Notes under the pieces: model-generated
Databases searched by the model: none
What the model saw: the letters and a program-made list of their open reading frames with translations, nothing else
Told to the model about the DNA's origin: nothing
Source of the DNA: Convolutriloba macropyga
Taxonomy: Eukaryota
Length of the DNA: 64,000 bases
Assembly: GCF_964194025.1 (NCBI RefSeq)
Contig: NC_134468.1
Span: 70,308,001-70,372,000, forward strand
Direction of reading: 5' to 3'
Position numbers and translations under genes: made by a program
In this document: in pieces, positions 58,786 through 64,000 of the stretch
Layout of the letters: every line of letters starts with the position of its first letter
How positions within the stretch are numbered: position 1 is the first letter of the stretch

Positions 58786-59100
58786 ATGGCGTTCACAATA
58801 TACGCCCTAATGAAGGCTGGTCTCCTTCTATTAAACGCAGCTGCTATTTTGCACAAGGAGCGTTTCTTGGACAAACTAGGCTGGACTGAACAAGCTACGA
58901 TAGCTGCTCAATCTATGATGAGTGATCCCTACTTCCCAGGAGGACCCAATTCCATGTATGGACAAACTTCCCAACCATCATCTACGGAGTCGATGAAAAC
59001 ACAGTTTCTGAAGTTTGTAATTGCCGTTCAAACTATAATGAGAGTGCCTTTAATTTTTATCAATTTATTCGCGATTGCACTTGAATTGCTGTTGGGTTAA
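58786..59100 (+). CDS. IER3IP1: IER3IP1/Yos1-family ER-Golgi membrane protein
   Basis: MAFTIY..LLLLNAAAILH.ERFL.K.GW ... AVQTIMRVPLI.IN...I..ELLLG, with two hydrophobic segments. Confidence 0.92.
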   Translation: MAFTIYALMKAGLLLLNAAAILHKERFLDKLGWTEQATIAAQSMMSDPYFPGGPNSMYGQTSQPSSTESMKTQFLKFVIAVQTIMRVPLIFINLFAIALELLLG

Positions 59101-59675
59101 GGGTAGTAAAATAACAATGACGAGAACATGAAAACTCATTTTGTTAGGTATTTGATTTAGTAATTTTATTTTTGGTGCTCTGTAATACTATGAAAATTTT
59201 CCTTATGCTTTATTATTGTTCTGCTTATGTTTGTTGATGTATTACAATTAAATTTAAATTGTCCTCAACTTTTTCCAATTATAGAGCAAATTTAAACTGA
59301 AGGCAGTCTGCTGATCTAGCCGTAAAAGCTTAAAACCCAATATTCAACAAAAGCAATGCATGAAAGCTAGTATGCATGTTAATTTATGCATTGACCTTAC
59401 AATAGCAGCCGGTATCTATAAAGATGTCATTTCAACTTGAAATACAAATGTTTACTCAACTCAAAATAAAACTGTTTACAAGAAAGCAAATAAACTAAGA
59501 TCAGAAACTGGTATCGATAAAAGGATATATACCGATTCTCTAACTAGCCGTTGGTTTTGTGAAAAATATTGACTATAACTTCAAGCGGTTATAGAAATAG
59601 ATATCTTTAAAGAAAACAGACTTTCCTAAAGGCGATTCAAAAAACAAAACTCTGTCTGGATAAAACTGCGGAGTA

Positions 59676-59847
59676 ATGGCAAACTACAGAGCAATTTGGT
59701 GTCAAGATGCGACGATAGCGTACAGTATGAAGTCAGGTGAATACCCGGTTTTAAACATGCTCAACTTGACTGTTGAAAGAGGAACTATCTACGGACTGCT
59801 GGGACCATCAGGTTGCGGAAAGACGACTCTGCTCAAATGTATCTTGG
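59676..59847 (+). CDS. First coding exon of an ABC transporter with N-terminal NBD, ABCH-like (often annotated ABCG20/23-like); remainder not found in window
   Basis: VLNMLNLTVERGTIYGLLGPSGCGKTTLLKCILG (Walker A). Donor g|gtaagc at 59847/59848. Confidence 0.85.
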
Positions 59848-62800
59848 GTAAGCTGATTCAAGAGTACCCGGATTGCTCATGATTCAAAATTTTTGTTGGC
59901 AAACTAGGCCATATTTGATTCATGTAATTATACTAAGTCATGATTTGTATGAATTAGTAGTCGTACAAGGATAAAACAAAAGCATACTTACTCCCAAAAA
60001 GCATACATCGTTATGACCCAAGTTTTTGATTCAGAAAAAAATCAATCAATGCTGCAATACTTCGACAATGTTTTAGAGTAACTATACTAGGTCAATTTTA
60101 TTTAGAATTATAAGTATTCAAACAAGGATCAATTTGAAATTCTACATAAGTTCATATTGCTATGTAAATACTGATAGAAAAAAGCTTCGAGAGCAGCAGT
60201 TTAAGCCATAATTATTAAGCAAAAGTAAGGGCAAAATATTTTCAAAAATTGTTGAGTCTCGGTAAAAGTCTGTAATTGGTTTGCCTGGATATCAAAAATC
60301 GTTCATTGTTTGTTGCAGTTAATCTCAGTTAAGTAAAAGTGAATATATAGTTGATGAGTATAGTATAGTTTTCCAGAGTATAGTTGCCGCATGTTCTCAT
60401 TGAGTGATTTGAAAAATTCGGATACTGAATAGATGTCAGCACATTAAAAATGCTCCCATTATCTGGTCAAATTGCGCGAGCTAAGTTCTTTGAGGCAGAT
60501 GCCTCGATTATAACTCGACAGTGATTGCGAGAATCTATTATACTAAGGAATATATGATTTCAGTGATTTCTTAGTCAGAGAAGGATCATAAAAAACAGTC
60601 TAATCAAGCAAAGTTAATTTATGAAATAATCACACATAAAAACGTTCATTTGTAGACCGTGAATGTGAATTTTGATTTTGTTCTTTTTTGTGCGCTTCTC
60701 CTAGGACCGATTTTTTGTCTTTGCAGTTTTGCCTGAACGCTGAGTTTTCTTGACTGCTTGGTTAGGTAAATATATAAACCAGCATAGTTCAAAGGCAATA
60801 AGTTGCTGAGCAGCTCCCGTAAAGCTTCACCAGTCACGAAGCATTCATTCACCTAGGCGGATTCAAATGAGTTCTAAGAAGGACGGTTCTTGTTAATTGT
60901 TTATGGAGGTTCACACAATGTTTCAATGTCTGATGTTCCGAAATGTGCTAAAGAGGTGAAACGCTTAGGCATTAATATGCATTAGATAGCTTCAGTTGGC
61001 GTTTGTAATTTTTTTGTGTTGTGTTAAGTTAATGTGGTCAGTAAAACTTCTTTTGAGTTTTCAGCCAGTAAAACTTCTTTTGAGTTTTCAGGTTTTAGTA
61101 TTACAATCTTAGTTTCGAAGACTTAACACTTAGAACATTTAGCTTATTTCAATTAGATTTGTTGTGTTTGCATCTTTTTGCTTACTTTACGTCCGACAAG
61201 ATTGCTCATTTTTTGTAAGATGTTAGATTTAATACTACGTCTGGTGAAATCGTTGTGAGTACCTAAAAAACTTGGAAGTGTCATTTAAAAATTTTGAGCC
61301 ATATTGTGCTGTCGTTTGTTTTTTCTTGGTGTTTTGACCAACGGGTTTTCAGATATCATATGTTTCAATTCAGTACGAACTTCCATTAATAAGATTTTGC
61401 AAGATTTTGTTCTAAATTTATTTTTTGAGTTATTTGCTATACTAGAAGCTTAAACACAAAAAGATCCGAGGACTTCAAAATATGTTTCAAACACATGAGT
61501 ATTTTTGTTCCGACCCCTCTTGAGGGGGGGGGGGAGGAACTATATGCTCAAATGGGCTTTTTTTTTGTTCAGACAATTTTGGCCGATCGATATATTCATC
61601 GTAGAGAGTTGAGACTGGTATAATTAGAAAGCCTGTCCAGCGTAGAATATGGAATTAAAAAGATTTTTTTGAGTTCCGCTTTTTACAGGGAACTATCGAG
61701 TTTTAGACTTTTGAGAAAATAGAATGCATTCCGTTGATTTTATTCACATTTTCCGAAATCTATTTCTAAAATTTTGCTAATTTTGCTGAAATTTGTTAAT
61801 TTTTTTATTAACAGAAAGGGCTGTTGATTTTATTTTTAAAGACAAAAAAATATTGTCGGCTTTTTTTATATAATTTTTTGTATCAAAAATTCTGGCTAAA
61901 TATTTCAATATTCAGACTTTTTCATCAAAACCAGCACGAAATAAGTTTCTTTAGTCCATTTTGATTAAATTCGCCGGAAGTAAACACCCAAGCACCACTA
62001 ACACAATCTTTGTAGACTCAAAAGGGGGCTATTTCTACTTTAACTTCCGTTGCGTGTCCTCCGTAATTAAAGCTTTGCCGATTTTTGCTAACTTTACTCG
62101 TTGATTATCAAAAACGCAGCATTTATTTTTGGTTTTCAACTAACAAAACATCTATCTATGATATTCAAAAAATTAAGTTCTTAATAATCAAACAGCATTA
62201 GCAGCGCTAGTTTTGGACCAATCGTGGACTCTTACAATCAAATAATAATTCCGATTGTAATCAGTCCGTCTTTTTTTATAAAAAAAAATTCTATCTTTTT
62301 TATTTTATGTATTATTTAAATAACAGAATATTTCAAATCGAAGCTCACTAGTGATAGGTCCAATTCGTTTCCTAACTAGCTCCAAGCTACTGTATCTAAT
62401 TTAAAACTTGAACTCTTATGGTCGTTTTGACTACTAAAATGTTTGATTTTTAAATAAATAATCGCTTATTGAGATTTGCCTCCAATTTTCTTTTAATTCG
62501 GCCAACTTGTAGCTTTCTCTCAATGCTTCTTCTGTCTATTGAATTCAAATTCAACCTTTTTTGTGGTTTTACAGCTTAAGTTATGATTTTCTGGATTGGA
62601 TACTACTAGATTTCACTTTTTTTTCAGGTGTTTGCCCATTTTTCACGATTTCTAGTTTTGTCACATTATCACGTTATTGACAGATCATATATCACATTGT
62701 TGGCGTTAAAAAAACACAATCGATAAATTGAATGTCCTTAAGGATATAGACTCTGGTTTTAACGGCTTCGACAAAACTTTCTCGAAGAATTTAATTGAGT

Positions 62801-64000
62801 TTTTTAAATTAGTCTTTAACCGTCGTTTTTAATTGTCATTTTAATCGTATGAAATTTCCTGTACAATGACCCGTTCATTGGCTCTTGATGGAAAAATAGA
62901 TGAGCCGATATTCTGATATTAGTAGATAGCTGATGGCTTTCATGATTTTGAAAACAATTTTTTTCCAAAATAATAAAAACACTTTAATTTCGCAATTTTG
63001 TTCTTTTTATTATCTGTTTGTTACCTAGACTCGTTAAACACAGGCCAAATATATAGATATTGTTGTCAAGGGAAGGTCTCTAGGAGATTGATTTAACGAA
63101 ATCTGATTTTTTCATGTTCGAAGAATTCTTTATGACTTTACTGGCTTGGACACGGGTTTTTCACAAAAAAAGTAAACTAATTCTTGATTTTTGCCATACT
63201 TTAGGTTCTTTTTGGAGATGTAAGATATATTCTGGATAATTGCGGTTCTCAAGGGCTTACATTGGAAGAATTAACGAACCTATTTTATTAATTCATTTTG
63301 CAAATAATGATTTTAATGTCTTGGGAAATAATTTTATTTCGAGAAAAAGATAAGTATTACTTAGTTTTGATTTTTTTCTTTTTTGTTTATTTGTTACCTG
63401 ATTTCATTAATGAAAGGTCACATAATACATTATCGGTGTTCGAAGAGGGGGCAATCAAACATATTTTGAGGGCCAAAGTTTGGCATTACGGCTTCGAAAG
63501 CGTTTTCTGGCAAAATTTAACTGATTTTTTGTTTGTTGTCTATTTGTTGTTCTTTTTGTAACCGCATGAAAATTGAATACCGACAGTTCTTTATTCCTAT
63601 CTTTAGAAGCACTGTTAATCGTAAACCTATGGGATTTGTTACTTGATTTCTATTGGTTTTCATTGCTTTGATTGTGTAATGAAAACTGATTGTGTACTTT
63701 GATTGAGTACTTTGATTGAGTAATAAATATTGGTTTTCATTACAATTAATTGTTTTTAAAAAAATTAAACCAATTTTTCAGATTTACTGTTTTTGTTTTT
63801 TATTTTCTAATTGATATCAAGCCTTATTATCAACTGGTCCCATATCTTTTCTGGTGAATTACGAGTTATTTTGTTTAGTTTCAGTTTTATGTGTCGTTTT
63901 TTTGACCTCGCTATTAAGTTTTATTTTTTGGGGGTAATTAGTGTTTGTTATTGTTGTTAGATTTTGCTGTTCGTCTTGGTCGCTTTTTTAATATTGGCAT

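Noticed and set aside
60350-61300. Possible minus-strand CR1 3' remnant or exon 2 of the ABC gene
   Set aside because: A weak LLSNLLPL resemblance only. No ABC Q-loop (GYMPQ-like) exon was found anywhere in 59848-64000.

Overview
AT-rich eukaryotic genomic DNA, most likely from an invertebrate animal (GT-AG introns, metazoan-type PPP1R8, RBM7 and IER3IP1, an ABCH-type ABC transporter exon, LINE and Penelope relics). About 50 kb is transposon-dominated. It holds a hairpin-bounded two-ORF cassette (1.5-3.8 kb, one ORF SGNH-like), a decayed Jockey/I-type LINE (-), a two-exon orphan gene, a decayed CR1-type LINE (+) and a decayed CRE-clade non-LTR element (-). Next comes a ~30 kb field of Penelope-like element (PLE) derivatives: a ~2.15 kb-unit tandem array, three inverted blocks and one near full-length copy. 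A near full-length decayed CR1 LINE follows. The last 14 kb carries a compact same-strand host gene cluster (PPP1R8/NIPP1, RBM7, IER3IP1, first exon of an ABCH-like transporter). The most notable signals are three. (1) The PLE family has a C4HC3 PHD finger inside the RT palm, between motif B' and YVDD, seen in four copies, plus minimal type I hammerhead relics in five places. (2) The cassette of two divergent intact ORFs is flanked by ~140 bp hairpin-rich direct repeats. (3) An internally deleted PLE has been amplified into a satellite-like array. All assignments come from manual translation and motif recognition; no database searches were run, and boundaries of decayed elements are approximate.
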